64,000 bases of DNA from Octopus vulgaris (taxonomy: Eukaryota). Shown here piece by piece: positions 41,178 through 55,979 of this stretch. Both the position numbers and the translations under genes were made by a program. The DNA lies in assembly GCA_951406725.2 (NCBI GenBank), contig OX597819.1:19840001-19904000 (forward strand). The letters are read 5' to 3'. Position 1 is the stretch's first letter. Every line of letters begins with the position of its first letter. The notes under the pieces are model-generated. The model saw nothing but the letters and a program-made list of their open reading frames with translations. It did not search any database and was not told the origin of the DNA.

Positions 41178-43049
41178 TCATTCTTACATATATCACTGTT
41201 ATACTACATAGTAAAATATCAAAGTCATCAGCAATAGAATTTTAATCTGCAAACAATGGATCGGTAAATTGGAATGGTCTGCCGTGGTTTTGAAGTTGAC
41301 AACTCGGTTTCTTACTCAGTGCTAACACATAAAATAATATATTACACCTCAAACTCATGGCGAATGATATCAAAATAGAGCTTCGGTGAGAGGATATCTG
41401 ATCCATGCAGTATATGTTTCCTATATATATATGTCTGGAATCCTACTCGGAATCTTGGGGTTGGTAGCCGGCGCTATTAACCACTACGTTATATGCCCGT
41501 GGTTGTTAAAACTTGTCTCTCTCTCTTTTCTCCCACTCTTAACCCCTTCTTTCTTCTCTACTCACATCCCCCCTTCTTTTACTCACTTTTTCTCTACCTC
41601 TTACTCACTCCACCTCCATCTCTCTAACTTACCGAAGAATAATGGCTGAACAGACCAGCAAGTTATAATATAGATATATGTATAGATATATCTCCATTCT
41701 TCCCCAGCATCAAACTAATACAAATGGTTGTTGTTCCCCCGTCTGTCGTCATCCTTTGTTTTCTGTAAATTTGAGCTATATATATATATATATGTATGCA
41801 TGTATTATGTATGTGTGTATGTATGTATGTATGTATGTATGTATGCATATATGTATGTATTTATATATAATATTAATTATTAGAATAAGTACAATTTCGT
41901 ATGTGGAACAGAACAATATATTTGCTCTCTTCTACTCTTATTCCGTTTGTTTATGAACGTTGCATCCTTAGAATGCCGGATGGAATGCTTCGTGATATTT
42001 TTCCGGCAATACCTTCCAGGATTTTTTCATATATTACAGAGGTGTATTACTCTATTGTACGAGCATAAATAAGACGGTGAGACAGTAGAATCATTCGTTC
42101 ACTTGACAAAATCTCCAACGACATGTCTCTGATTCAACAGTCTGCGTTGAAAATTCAGCCGAGTTCGATTTTGCCTTTCATTCTTCGGTGGGCGATAAAT
42201 ATTTATTTGTCAATTATTGGGGGCAGGGGATATAACCGACTTAACCTCTGCCTTCGAAATCTTTCTCCTTGTTACACAGCTAGAAATAATTTTAGCACCA
42301 GGGTTTGAAATCAGAAAATATCTTGCCATAACTAGCGACCGAAGGTCATTTTCACGAAGACACAGATTGTACCAAATCACATGTAATATTAATTATTGGT
42401 TAATAATAATTCTTCGTTAACGCATAATTATTTCTGATTAGCTTTTGTACGGTCCATGCATTAAACATGTTAACAGTAAATTAAACAAATATTTTCAAAG
42501 CAGACGAGGGTCATAAAATTTAGGCTTCTGCCGCATTATTAAGGTAGAATGACTTCATCCTGGTTATGACACGACAAGAAATGGCGGGCAGCCTTACCGC
42601 AAACACTCGATGGAAAACATTGAGTGTGATGTGGACGTACTAACCAAGCGTGAAATGAAATTCAGATCACTCCATGCATATCTCGCCCTCTTTCTCTCTC
42701 CACACACAAACACACTCACATACACACGCGCGCGCAAACACACACATACACATTCATATATAATGATTCCTTTCATATCAAGTTATAATGAAAGAAAATT
42801 TAAACATTAAACTGATGACTTATTCAATATTTTTTGCAGAGTCCATATTCTATTTTTAAGAGAAATGGAATGGCAATGCTTTCGAACTTTCGGTCTGTTA
42901 GAGTCTACTGCAGCCTAAGAAGCTGAAAATTTGAAGTTTTCCATATACATATATATACATATATACACTGACGCACCCCAATCCTTAGATATCTGAGTGC
43001 GTGTGTCTGTGTGTGGATATATGTATATACATATATATACATATATATG

Positions 43050-43200
43050 TGCGGGCGTGGCTGTGTGGTAAGTACTTGACTTCCAAGTCATTTTTCTAGT
43101 CTCGGTTCCAGTGTGCGGCACATTGGAAAGGCGTCTTCCAATATACCCTCAAGCCGATCAAAGAATTGAAATTGGATTGGTTGATGGAATCTGAATGAAA
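43050..43200 (+). mobile_element. SINE family A 5' part, diverged
   Basis: GCGTGGCTGTGTGGTAAG head. Confidence 0.6.
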
Positions 43201-43208
43201 CTCTTTGC

Positions 43209-43260
<52 letters not shown>

Positions 43261-43392
43261 GTTTGTCTATCTATCTATCTATCTATCTATCTACCGATCT
43301 GCCTACCTTTTATTTATGTTTCTATCTACTTATCTATCTGTCTCTCTGTCTGTCTCTCTATATTTTTATCTATCTATCTATCTGTCTATCTT

Positions 43393-43443
<51 letters not shown>

Positions 43444-43480
43444 ATTATCTATTTATCTCTCTGTCTATCTCTCTCTATTT

Positions 43481-43547
<67 letters not shown>
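43209..43547. repeat. Degenerate (ATCT)n microsatellite
   Basis: Read directly from the sequence. Confidence 0.95.
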
Positions 43548-43548
<1 letters not shown>

Positions 43549-44694
43549 GTGTAACTGTGTGTGAGTGTTCGTGTTGGTATGTATGTGTTTGCATATATTT
43601 TTCTACATATGTAAATACATATATATGTATGTATGTATATATGTATGTTTGTATGTATATGTTGGTAGGTTTTAGCACAGAAAAAGGAGAAAACAAATGC
43701 AAGGACAAAAGAATAATAATATACCTGAGGCACCGGAGAAAGTTCAAGAAAAGTGTTATGTTTAGGATGATGGAAAAGATTTGAAGTGTGATACTAACAT
43801 TTAATGTATTTAAAGCGTTAGCGATGCTTCACAGTGGTTGTTCCATAAGTACGTATCTAAATAACTCATCAAGCATATTTTATATCAACACCAGTCCGAT
43901 CCATTCCCAGACACAATAAATCGCAACTTTGTATAATTTGGTCTGTTTTTAACTCTGATATACTTCGAATATAAATAAAATAATAAATAGACGTGCAAGA
44001 CATCGGGAAGATCGAAACAAAGAAAGAGGCCTTCAATAAAAGTGAATACAGTTGGTATAGAGATTTGGTCTCGCAAACAGAAAGGACAAATTGTAAGTAG
44101 ACACGACAAGAATGCATGGCTGTTTCTCAACCTTACTTTAAAGTTACAGTCTACTGTGAATGAGAAACAAACGAAATTGTGAATGGGAAATAAGACAGCT
44201 ATCATCAAAATACTTGGAAACCACTAAGCCATGCGAATATATATACATATGTATAATGAAGACATCAGAAAAAAAGAATGGGAAATTATATATCTTCAAA
44301 ATTTATTTATAAGTTATATATCTGTGCGTGAGTCCGTGCTTGAATGCGTACCAGCGTGTGTGTGCTTGTGTGTGTGCTTGTGTGTGTGTGTGTGTGTGTG
44401 TGCATATGTGTGTATGCGTGAGAGGGCGTATGTGCGTGCATGCCTCGATGTATGTGTGCCTGTGTGTGGTGTGTGTCTGTGTGTGTGTGTTTGTGTATGA
44501 TCAAAGAATGGAATATAAGACATCACTGTAGTACTGAAGCACAAAGACACACAGGAAAAAAAGAAACAAGTAAATCTATTACTACTTACGAATATTGTTG
44601 AAGCACAGTCTTAAGAATGAAAGTAAATGCTTGAAAGTAACGAAATAAAGATCTCGAATTGTGACCAACTAATCGGAAAAATATAATATATAGA

Positions 44695-44793
<99 letters not shown>

Positions 44794-45827
44794 GATGTGG
44801 AACATGAACTTTAAGGATGAGAAATTAAAACGATGGAACCCATGAACATCACACTCTAAAGCTTGAAATATAGACTTGAAATCATATAAGATTTTACCAT
44901 GAAGCAACATCAATTGGTACAAAGTATAAAACTGAAAGTGAAAGTAACCCTAACTCTAAAAATATAAAACCTGTTCAATGAAGATGTGTATAAGAAAACT
45001 CAGTTCCTAATATACTCATTTTAGTTTTTACTGCCTCAGATGTACTGATGGATAAATATAACATCTGAGCCAAACATCGAGGATATAATGTGCACTAAAA
45101 AAATAAAGGGTATAATATAAAAGTCAGGATGCCATGATGTTCATCACAATCACTAACGAAACGACAAAACGGAAATATGGTGTACAAAAACACGATCTGT
45201 AATAAAGAATCTTTGAAATGAAACATTACTAAAACAGAGAATCGCTTCGTACGAAAGGCGTCCAAGAAATGAAATAGGTCAAATCTACACTAAATGTGGA
45301 CAAGTACTGGGAGAAAATTTAGATTGAATTTATTGCAGTAAGGGCAAGAAGAATTTTCTAAAGAAGAATGTGGAAAGTAATAGAATCATGACGGATGAAA
45401 AGAAGGGCCATAATCTTTGAGGTATTTTAAAAAGACATATGTACACTCAAAGAATTGAAGGCAACATACTCAAAGTCACTGTGATAAAGTCACAATTTTA
45501 GCAAGGAAAAAAACCCACCCAAAAAATGTCCTAATTAATGTATGGGATCCAGACAAAATCCCCTCGGACAACCTCCCATTCCGAACAAAACCCTTGCTAC
45601 GTTTTTTTCCTGTGACTTTACCTCGATTCGGGACAAAACAACTCGAAACTTCTGAGTTAATTTTTTTCAGGGGAGTGTCGAGGGGTACCTTGTAGGTGTT
45701 TAATGAGTTAGACATTGAACCGCAAAACGTATTGGCATACTGACTGGTCTACTTTCATAAGCGCCAAATCTAAAGTAACGGCACAACCAAATGTCTTCAG
45801 CCTTCCTAAATTTCTTCGTTATTTTTA

Positions 45828-46380
45828 CGGGTGAGTCAAAAAGTAATGCCATTTTGTTTAGGACAGGTATAATCACCAACACGGAAACATGTATCATGCA
45901 TCAAAATGTAATTGGTTTTCTGTGGATCACATCCTTACTTCTCAACATATTCTTCGTTACTCTCAATAGCAATGTCCCTCCTTCGAATGAGAGCATGTAT
46001 CCCTGCCCTGTAAAATTCTGTTGACTGTTCTCTGAGACACCTCTTCACTACCTCCGCACTCACCAGATTTAGAGCCTTCAGACTATCATCTTTTCGGCCC
46101 CATGAAAGAGAGTTTGGAAGGCAAAAATTATTCCAGTGACGAGGAAGTGAAAACTGTAGTGAAGAAGTGGCTCAAAGAACAGTCAACAGAATTTTACAAG
46201 GCAGGGACACATGCTCTCATTCGAAGGCAGAATTTGCTACATAGAGAAACGGTGACTATGTTGAGACGTAGGGATGTGATCCACAGAGGGCCAGCTTCAT
46301 TTCGATGTATGATACATGTTCCTGTGTTGGTAATTATACCTGTCCTGAACAAAATGTCATTACATTTTGACTCACCCTCG
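45828..46380. mobile_element. Non-autonomous fold-back mariner derivative with TA target-site duplication
   Basis: TA-CGGGTGAGTCAAAA...TTTTGACTCACCCTCG-TA. Arms of ~230 bp are inverted copies. Centre encodes SPDLEPSDYHLFGPMKESL..DEEVK, the mariner transposase C-terminus. Confidence 0.88.
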
Positions 46381-46394
46381 TATATTTTTTCTAT

Positions 46395-46595
46395 ACTAGT
46401 CACAAGTTCTGAAATTTTGTAGGGAAGGGGCCAGTCGATTAGATCAACCCAGTACGCAACTGGTACTTTATTTTTCGAACTGGAGAGGATGAAAAGCAAA
46501 GTCGACCTCGGTGGAATTTGAACTCAGAACGTGAAGACTAACGAAATACCGCCAAGAATTTCACTCGGCGTGCTACGTTTCTGCCAGTTCACAGC
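46395..46595 (-). mobile_element. SINE family B monomer
   Basis: GCAAAGTCGACCTCGGTGGAATTTGAACTCAGAACG, the reverse of the 78-230 type. Confidence 0.75.
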
Positions 46596-47715
46596 CATAG
46601 TTTGTAGTATATATTAACAGAGAGAATAAATAAAGAGCTGGAGAAAATAAGGAAAATGTTTACAGTAAGATAGAAGCTATTTACTGGATGTGTAGGCGTA
46701 GGATTGCAGTTTTAAATATATACAAATGCAATTATCAAGAGGTACAAATTAATTGAGAGCACTAATATCCTGCAAAATGAAGAAACAAGATATGAGAAAA
46801 TCTCCAAACAATCTTCCAAATATATTTAGTAATTAATGAACGATAGAAAACACAAAGGACAGGAAGTAGTGTGTAATCAAAGAATCAGTCCCAACATAAA
46901 TATAATATATATTGGAATGAAATGAAATACAGTTATTATCCAAACAATGATCGGAAAATAGAGATAATGAAACTGTCGGGATAGGAAACTGAAACAATGA
47001 CTAAAATAATAGGTTGTTTGTTTTTTTTAGAGATTAAACATCATGAAGACAAATACATAAGCAAAACTCCAATACTTAGAAACATGCATGACATACAACG
47101 AACTGCGGTATTCAAAGGTGAAGGTAAATCACAGAAATTTTTGAAAACCATTGAACATATAAGGCCTAAATCACACATTACTCTGTGCAGTAAATTATGT
47201 AATAAAAATTTAAACAATGAAAATTGTAGTGGTTTTTGGTATTTTAGCCAAAAACAACAAAGAAAAAAATCAGAGATGAGTGAGTGCATAGAAGAAGAAA
47301 AAGGAAACAGCTTCCAAAAGTGGTGTGTTCACATAGTCACAAATATGAGAATGCCATTAGGGACATCTGAATATCTACGCTTCATGTAGAACTTTCCTCA
47401 TACGGTTTTGCGTTTGAATGCTTGCAAGAGGTGCAACATCGTGTGTTTTATATGGTCGCCAATAGATGTGAACTGCACGCACTACCGTCCACGTAGAGAG
47501 CCACCGTCCTACTTTTTAAAATTTTTATTCCAACGCTCAGCTGGAGCAGAGGAACCTCAATACCACAAGATGGTGGCGAAATTGACCAAAGTGTAGAAAA
47601 GACAAAAAAGGAAAAATGATGTTTCTGCTTTCGGTTGTCCTCTCACACGATGATATAGGTATGTATATATGTATATGTATGTATATGTATGTATGTTTTT
47701 ATATGTATGCATGTG

Positions 47716-47783
<68 letters not shown>

Positions 47784-47821
47784 TGTATGTATATATATGC
47801 ATGTATGTATATATGCATGTA

Positions 47822-48128
47822 GTCATAAAACGAGACAGATGAGTGACAACATGGCCACTGGTGGTGGTGTAACACACAATATTAATCCTAACTGTCGGGC
47901 ATGTGGAAGATAGTGTAATTCGGCAGGAGGACTTAAACGACACGCAAAGATACATGAAGCCCAGTTACAACTACAGCCGGCTATTACCAGTAAAGGTCTT
48001 AGTTGCCAATTTTGTACCAGACACTGTAGATCTTTAGCTAGGCTAAAAAGTGACATTCGATCATGGCACCAGTAACAGTTAAACTTCATGCAATGGCCAT
48101 ACTCGATAACGAGGGGGCAGCCATAATA
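47822..48128 (+). mobile_element. RTE-type LINE 3' end with two C2H2-like fingers (disrupted)
   Basis: Translates to CRACGR*CNSAGGLKRHAKIH...CQFCTRHCRSLARLKSDIRS*, followed by a short UTR and (ATA)n. Confidence 0.6.
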
Positions 48129-48186
48129 ATGTATGTATATATTATTCCACTATAATCTTTTGTATATTCTTAAATATATATCTTTG

Positions 48187-48221
<35 letters not shown>

Positions 48222-48482
48222 TACCAAACAAACATGATTTTCATTGATACTTTCTTGTAAATTTTTCTATCATTTTCTTATTATTATCAAAGAATGTATT
48301 TCTGATCTTTAATACTTTTGTGACAACCAGTACTTAACGCAACAAAGCTCATACAAAGCTTTTACTTTTAATAATATTTTTTCTAAAAAAGTGAAACCGG
48401 TCAAGTGAATAAACATCTTTAAAATTGCATTTTCAACCTTTCATATATATTCCCACTTGTGCAGTACCTTACAACTTTACTT

Positions 48483-48533
<51 letters not shown>

Positions 48534-48589
48534 AAATGGAAAGATGAATTATCTTGTTACGGATTATTCAAAATTATCTTGTTACGGAT

Positions 48590-48642
<53 letters not shown>

Positions 48643-48715
48643 GTATATATCTGTGTGTGTGTGTGCGTGTGTGTATGTATATATATATATATATTTAATA
48701 TATATTCATTCAATA

Positions 48716-48925
48716 TGTGACCGCGTGCGCATCGTTGGCGATTTTTTCGCCCTTCTTTCCTTCCTCGGATCTTTTTTTTTTCCTATGTTTCTGACGAAGA
48801 GTTCCGCTCGAAACGTTAAGTCCTTCCTCTTTCTTTCCTTTCCCGAGCGTTCAATAATACTGTACTTGTTCCACGTCCTCGCGTTGTTTTGTTTTCTCTT
48901 TGTGTTTTCATGTTTCGATTAACTG
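48716..48925 (+). mobile_element. Penelope-like 3' repeat with hammerhead-like core
   Basis: CTGACGA-AGAG-TTCCG-CTC-GAAAC-GTTAA-GTC at 48791-48822. Confidence 0.65.
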
Positions 48926-49432
48926 TATATTTATATACTTAAAAGCTGTAAGCAATTCATATTGCGAAAAAATGTGAGACAGTCTCTTGAGTCGGAGATA
49001 AGTTTAACAAATTAGGAAATTACGTTGCATGGTTTTTGATACGCCTGTATTTATTCCTGTTGCTCATTTTCCTGCCAATAACCTCACTGGGTTACTTCTA
49101 AAGACCGTTCTTTTTTTATATACATGCACGCATATCTACATAAGTATATATGCATTTGTACAAGTGTGTAGTGGAGGCGGTGGGGAATTGTTGGTGTTTC
49201 TCAATTTGATCACATAAACATCGTTTGACATATGTGCGCGTGTGTATGATAGAAAGTGTGAGCATGCGCGCCTGTGTCTATGTGTATCTGTAGCTTCTTA
49301 ATGCATATCTCACGCCGTAAGTCTCAGCTGTCACCGTAACAACTCAACATGCTTTACTATTGCTCCAATTATAATTATCAAATATTAACATCTGTGACCA
49401 TCTTTCCCCGGTATTCTCTATTTCGACGTCCT

Positions 49433-49510
<78 letters not shown>

Positions 49511-49829
49511 GCATTTCTTATGTATATCGATACAAACATTTCTATTTCATTCCGTCTTCAATTATTATTCTCTCAAGATCTCTCCCACTCACGGTTTTCC
49601 CATCTCTTTTCCATTCCCTCCATGTCTTGTCCCTTTTTGTAGCCATCTTTCTTTCTATCTCTGTCTTTCACACATAGGTTGTATACTTCTAGCGTTTCAG
49701 GTGCAATGAGTTACCGTGTTTACATCTCGGGAGGAAATCGCGTTTTTTTGTTGTTGTTTTTTTAAAATCCAGATAAGAAATCTTTCCCTTAGCATGCATT
49801 GCAGCACTAGGGACAATTATAAGCGGAGA

Positions 49830-49855
49830 CTACCACCACCACCACCACAACAACA

Positions 49856-49913
<58 letters not shown>

Positions 49914-49914
49914 T

Positions 49915-49986
<72 letters not shown>

Positions 49987-50053
49987 AACTATTACTACTG
50001 ATGCTGCTGCTACTAGCATTATTACTACTACTGCTGCTGCTACTACTACCACC

Positions 50054-50090
<37 letters not shown>

Positions 50091-50162
50091 TTGCAACTGA
50101 CACCACTACTACTACTATTACTGCTGCTGCTACTACTACCACTACTACTACTACTACCATTG

Positions 50163-50202
<40 letters not shown>

Positions 50203-50207
50203 CACTG

Positions 50208-50268
<61 letters not shown>
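49830..50268. repeat. Long interrupted (CTA)n/(CCA)n/(CTG)n trinucleotide repeat
   Basis: Read directly from the sequence. Source of the poly-Leu and poly-Val ORFs. Confidence 0.95.
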
Positions 50269-50428
50269 AATTTTGTTGTCACAGTTGCTGATTCAGTTGT
50301 TATTATCAACGTTGTTACTGTGAATGCTTTCTTGTTTTTTCTCGTTCTTAATCCAAAGAGGTTCTGCTGCTTCTACAGTTCATTTACCTTTTTCTTGTAA
50401 TTGCTGTCGTTGTTGTAGCTGTTGTTGT

Positions 50429-50465
<37 letters not shown>

Positions 50466-50711
50466 CTTCTTCTTCTTCTTCTTCTTCTTCTTCTTCGTCT
50501 CCCCCTTCTGCCTCATGCTTGATGTTAGCGACGACGGTGACGCACGTTGGTCGGTTGTTGTTTGGTAAGTTTGTCATAGAAACATTCTCTCATTATTAAA
50601 TTATGTCGCATGACTAAGATGAAAACCAGATAATAAAATATGCCGATGTATGTTACTAGCAGCATGCTCCATGCAAACACTTGTATCGGAAGAAACTTTT
50701 GTGTATGTGAG

Positions 50712-51100
50712 TGTGTGGTAAGTAGCTTACTTACCAACCATATGGTTCCGGGTTCAGTCCCACTGCGTGGCAACTGTCTTCTACTATAGCCTCGGGCCGA
50801 CCAAAGCATTGTGAGTGGATTTGGTAGACGGAAGCTGAAAGAAGCCCATCGTATATACATATGTGTGTGTGTGTGTGTGTGTGAGTATGTGTCTGTACAT
50901 GTTTATGTGTTAGTTTTTGTCCCCGCCTCCATCTCTTAACAGCCGATGTTGGTCTGTTTACGTTCCCGAAACTAAGCGATTTGGCAAAAGAGATTCATTT
51001 AATACGTACTAGGTTTACAAAGATTAAGTCCTGGGTGTCGGTTTTGTTCGACTAAATGCGGTGCTCCATCATGGCCGCAGAGAAATGACTGAAATAAATA
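50712..51100 (+). mobile_element. SINE family A copy
   Basis: Colinear with 3655-4020. Confidence 0.8.
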
Positions 51101-51426
51101 AAGAAATATGTGAATATACAAGAATACAACGGGACGTGGAGATGTGTATATGTACTTGGATATTTATGATGGTATAAATATGTGTGTGTGTCTGTGTTTG
51201 TGGTTGTGATAAGACGTGCGTATAATTTATTGTACGCTGTGATATTTTAAGTATGATATTTTTTTTTCTATTTGACTGTATGCAATTAGCTGATTAATTA
51301 AAACTTAGAGTATGTATGGACATGTATACACATAGATGTCCATGTGTACACACACACTCACACATATATATATATATACATATATACATATATCTATACA
51401 TGTATATATACATACATATATACGTA

Positions 51427-51491
<65 letters not shown>

Positions 51492-51510
51492 CTACTACTA
51501 ATAATAATAA

Positions 51511-51703
51511 TAATTAAGGGTTTAGCAACAAGTTGCTTAACCACATATCGAAAAATTTAGAAATAGCAGCCAAAAGACAGTTATTTCTTTTCGCTATAAA
51601 ATATGACTCCACAGATAACACTATCTGTAACACACACAGGCAAAAAGAAGGAGAATAATGAAATCAAAGTCTTTGATCAATTATGGACGCGTTTCTGGAT
51701 TAG
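51511..51703 (-). mobile_element. Retrozyme-like family R2 fragment with 3' half of hammerhead
   Basis: Colinear with R1 (AAGGG.TTAG, CCACATA, TTAGAAATAGCAGC, AAATCAAA). Minus strand reads CTAATCCA-GAAAC-GC-GTC. Confidence 0.65.
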
Positions 51704-51954
51704 AATTATAAAAATTTATTTTCTTTATCGACATAATATTTCGAGAATTATAAATTGGAAAATGCTAGAAAACTTACCCTTTGTATTTTTGACCAAGCGC
51801 CATCAGAACATCACACAAGGCAGTTAGTATATCCGAATTTATATTATATGTCGATAAGGAAAATGATTTTTTAAATAATTTTGTGTATGTGAGTATGTTA
51901 CTAGAAGCATGCTCCATACAAACACTTGTATCGGAAGAAATTTTGTGCTCGTGT

Positions 51955-52350
51955 GTGTGTGGTAAGTAGCTTACTTACCGACTATATGGTTCCGGGTTGA
52001 GGCCCACTGCGTGGCAGCTTGGCCAAGTGTCTTCTACTATAGCCTCGGGCCGACCAAAGCATTGTGAGTGGATTTGGTAGTCGGAAACTAAAAGAAGCCC
52101 ATCGTATATACATGTGTGTGTGTGCATGTGTGTGTGTGTGAGTATGTATCTGTACATATTTATGTGTTAGTGTTTGTCCCCACCTCCATCGCTTGACAAC
52201 CGATGTTGGTGTGTTTACGTTCCCGAAACTAAACGATTTCGCATAAGAGATTCAGATAATATGTACTAGGCTTACAAAGAATAAGTCCTGGGAGTCGGTT
52301 TTCTTCGACTAAATGCGGTGCTCCAGCATGGCCGCAGACAAATGACTGAA
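51955..52350 (+). mobile_element. SINE family A copy
   Basis: Colinear with 50712-51100. Confidence 0.8.
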
Positions 52351-52890
52351 ATCCAGAAACGCGTTCATAATTAATCGAAGACTGTTTGATTTCATTATTT
52401 TCCTTCTTTTTGCCTGTGTGAGTTACAGATAGTGTTATCTGTGGAGTCATATTTCCCTCCAAATTTACCTTGTGCGACACAAGACAGTACTGCAGAAAAT
52501 AGATCCGCAGCTTTTTTGTTACCAGGTAGTTAAAATAATCATTATAGATATAGGGTAAAAATTATTAATTTGTAATTAATAAATTTCACTAAGTAGTTTC
52601 GGTATGGAAAAGAACCATATTCGGTAAAAACTCATACAAGAAGTTTTAAATATAATTATAACAATAATTATATAATTATAAGCACTAGGCTTACAAAGAA
52701 TAAGTCCTGGGGTCGATTTGCTCGACTAAAGGCGGTACTCCAGCATGGCCACAGTCAAATGACTGAAACAAGTAAAATAATAAAAGAATAATTAAGTGTT
52801 TAGCAACAAGTTGCTTAACCACATAACGAAAAATTTAGAAATAGCAGTCGAAAGACCGTATTTCACTTTGCTACAAAATGTGACAAAAAA
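52350..52890. mobile_element. Further R2 fragments: 52350-52452 on plus; 52550-52890 on minus, interrupted by a SINE A tail at 52684-52787
   Basis: 52350-52452 is the reverse complement of 51601-51701. 52553-52635 resembles R1 11331-11410. 52788-52880 repeats 51511-51605. Confidence 0.65.
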
Positions 52891-53640
52891 TGCGTGTGTG
52901 TTTGTATTATGCTGTCCACTCTTGAGCTAAGAAGACTACCACTGACCATTGCCCCAGTAAAATGCCAGCAATGCACTTGAATGAGGATAGTACACCCATC
53001 AATCAGTTTCAGCCAGGTTTGCGTCTGCGGCCTCCATGCTCACTGTGGGGCCCTCTGACATGACTGCGTATGACTTTTTTTGGTTTTCTTTGTTCTCATC
53101 GTTCCAGTTATAATCTCTGTTAAACGAAATTGTTTCCGGTCACACCCCTTTTACAAGCCTATTGCACTTATACGTGCCTTTGGCCAATTCTATTTGGCAA
53201 TAGAGAATCTTGATGAGGGTCAACTGGCGTTAAAAGCGATCTGTATCACCGGCATTAGCCCTTAGATTTGGGTCTGAGGCGAGATAGTACGGATGTCTTG
53301 GCGCCATTGATTTGGCAGTACGGAATTTATGTTAACTTATTGGACATCAACCCTTTCAATGTTTCTTTCGTTTTATTATCTATCTCGTCCTCTCCACCTG
53401 TCTCTCCCTTTCTCGCTTCTCTCTGATTTTCGTATTTGTATGTGAAGGTTTACTTCCAGTGACAAGAAGCACTGTCGTCAAAATCATCCGCACCAAATCT
53501 TATCATACCTTTAAATTAGAGAAATTATCCGAGCAGTACCATGATATAATTTTAACCTTCTCGTTTTCTTGCAGATCAAAGCTAATCGATGAGAGTCCAA
53601 TATTTAGGTTAACGCAGTTGTGGTTTAGTAATATCTAGCT

Positions 53641-53750
53641 TTACAGTTATACAAATCTCACTTTACAATTATACAAATCTCGTTATACAGTTATAGAAGT
53701 CTCGCTGTACAATTATACAAATCTCGCCTTACAATTATAAAAATCTACCT
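53641..53750. repeat. 22-bp minisatellite, 5 copies (consensus TTACAATTATACAAATCTCGCT)
   Basis: Units start at 53641, 53663, 53685, 53707 and 53729. Confidence 0.9.
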
Positions 53751-54038
53751 CGAAACGTAACCTATTCGGGACTGTCTTTTCACAGTAAGTATGGATGTTT
53801 GTGTATGTATCCTCCGTTTGAGAAAACTTAGATCTTATTCAAATTTGGTTGCTACTTCTAAAGCAGGAAAGCCTCAATGATAGCTGTGTTGTACAGTTGG
53901 CCTTATGCCGAAAAATGAACCAGGCATGAATAAAAAAAAAAAAAGGTTTATTTATGTTTCAAACAACAAAGTTTGAAAACAAGCAAAATCAAATCTTCAA
54001 CAAAAAAAAGATGAAATAATAATAATAATAATGATAAC

Positions 54039-54099
<61 letters not shown>

Positions 54100-54699
54100 T
54101 GTTAGTGACAATAGTTTTGCGTCAATGTTTTAGTTTCAATTGGTATGAAGTGAAGTGTTTCTGGATAGAAATAATGTGTTCCGTGCTACTTAATACATTT
54201 ATTGAACTGGCCATGCTCTAAGTGCGGTAGCAATGGTCAATTTGTCTTGACCAGCTGCCAACACATACTAATTGCTTCCAACTCTCCAGGATTTACGTGG
54301 TAATTTCCAACTGAGCGATTCTGGAATATCATAACACCTGTGCAATGGTCGTTGAATCTGTGTTAATCTAAACATGGAAACTAGTGAATAGATGTTTATG
54401 TATGTGTAGATATACCTGTTTAGTTTTGTTTTGTCGGTTCTGGAATTGTTTTGTGTGTGTTTGTACTTCATCATACATTTTTTATTTTGATATATAATTA
54501 CTGGCAGTTGGAAGTATAAACATACTTACCTACATATACACAAACACATATATATATATAGCCACGTATATGTGTATGTGTTCGTGTATACATGTATACT
54601 TACATATTCACATATATACAAATTCACGCGTATATATGTATGTATATATACATACATATACATATATATTTACATATATATATATACATATATATTTAC

Positions 54700-54798
<99 letters not shown>

Positions 54799-55160
54799 AA
54801 TATGCATATATTCAACACGCAACTGTTTGCATACGCAGACGCACACACAATCACACATATACACAGAGCACAAAATATACATGTTTATATATACAAATGA
54901 AAAAAAAAAACCCTGCAAAATAGCGTATTGAGGTCGACACTTTTATGTTATCAAATAATTGGGTGTGTTGGGAGATATGGGAATTGCATTTTAGCTTAGC
55001 GATATGAGGAAAGTGAGATAGGAGCAACGAGGTAGATAGACTGATAGACAGGTACGTAGACTGAATAAGAGAGAAACTGCGAATGTGTGAAGGTGCTAGA
55101 AGGACGAAGATGAATTAGTGCATGTGTGTGCTTGTATATACATTTGTGTACGTGCTTGTA

Positions 55161-55285
<125 letters not shown>

Positions 55286-55915
55286 ATACACTCATGTGTG
55301 TATGTATAAATTTTGTTTGTATATATCTACATATATGTATGTGTGTACGTGTGTTTGTGTGCATGGATAGATATACGGATAGATAGAAATAGGGAAAATA
55401 TTCGATATCTGAGTAAGATAGAATAAAGGAAAGTAACAATTTAAAAATAGAGGAAAATACACGGAAGGAAAGATATGTTGATAGGAAATTACATGGAGTA
55501 AATAAACAAACATAAAGAAAGAAAGGAAGAAAGAAAGAAATGGAAAATATAAAAAAAAAAAACACCAGGAAAAGTTGTTGGGGAAAGATAAAAGATGAAA
55601 GAATAAGAAAAAAAGAAAATCAGTCGATAAAAAGAAATGCGATGAAGATAAATGATGTGAGAAGAAATAGAGAGAGGTAGGAAGTTGTATGATAGCTCTA
55701 CTAATTAGTGCTAATTAGGTTAACGAGATATATTGTGAGAGTTTACGCTAATATTGCGAGTTATTTAATTCCTATTCAATGACAAGGCTCATTTTAAAAA
55801 ACTTTCATATGTGCAGCATTCGGAAAGGTAACATACAGGAATGATTGTATATAGACATGCATGTGTGTATGCATATATGTATGTATGCATGCATGTTTGA
55901 AAGTATGTTTGTATG

Positions 55916-55972
<57 letters not shown>

Positions 55973-55979
<7 letters not shown>

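Noticed and set aside
49716-50291. 191-aa poly-Leu ORF and the many [12 protein letters not shown] and LSIY ORFs
   Set aside because: These are translations of microsatellites.
53641-53750. Short regular arrays (also 37618-37690 and 57796-58130) as CRISPR-like
   Set aside because: No unique spacers, no cas genes, eukaryotic context.
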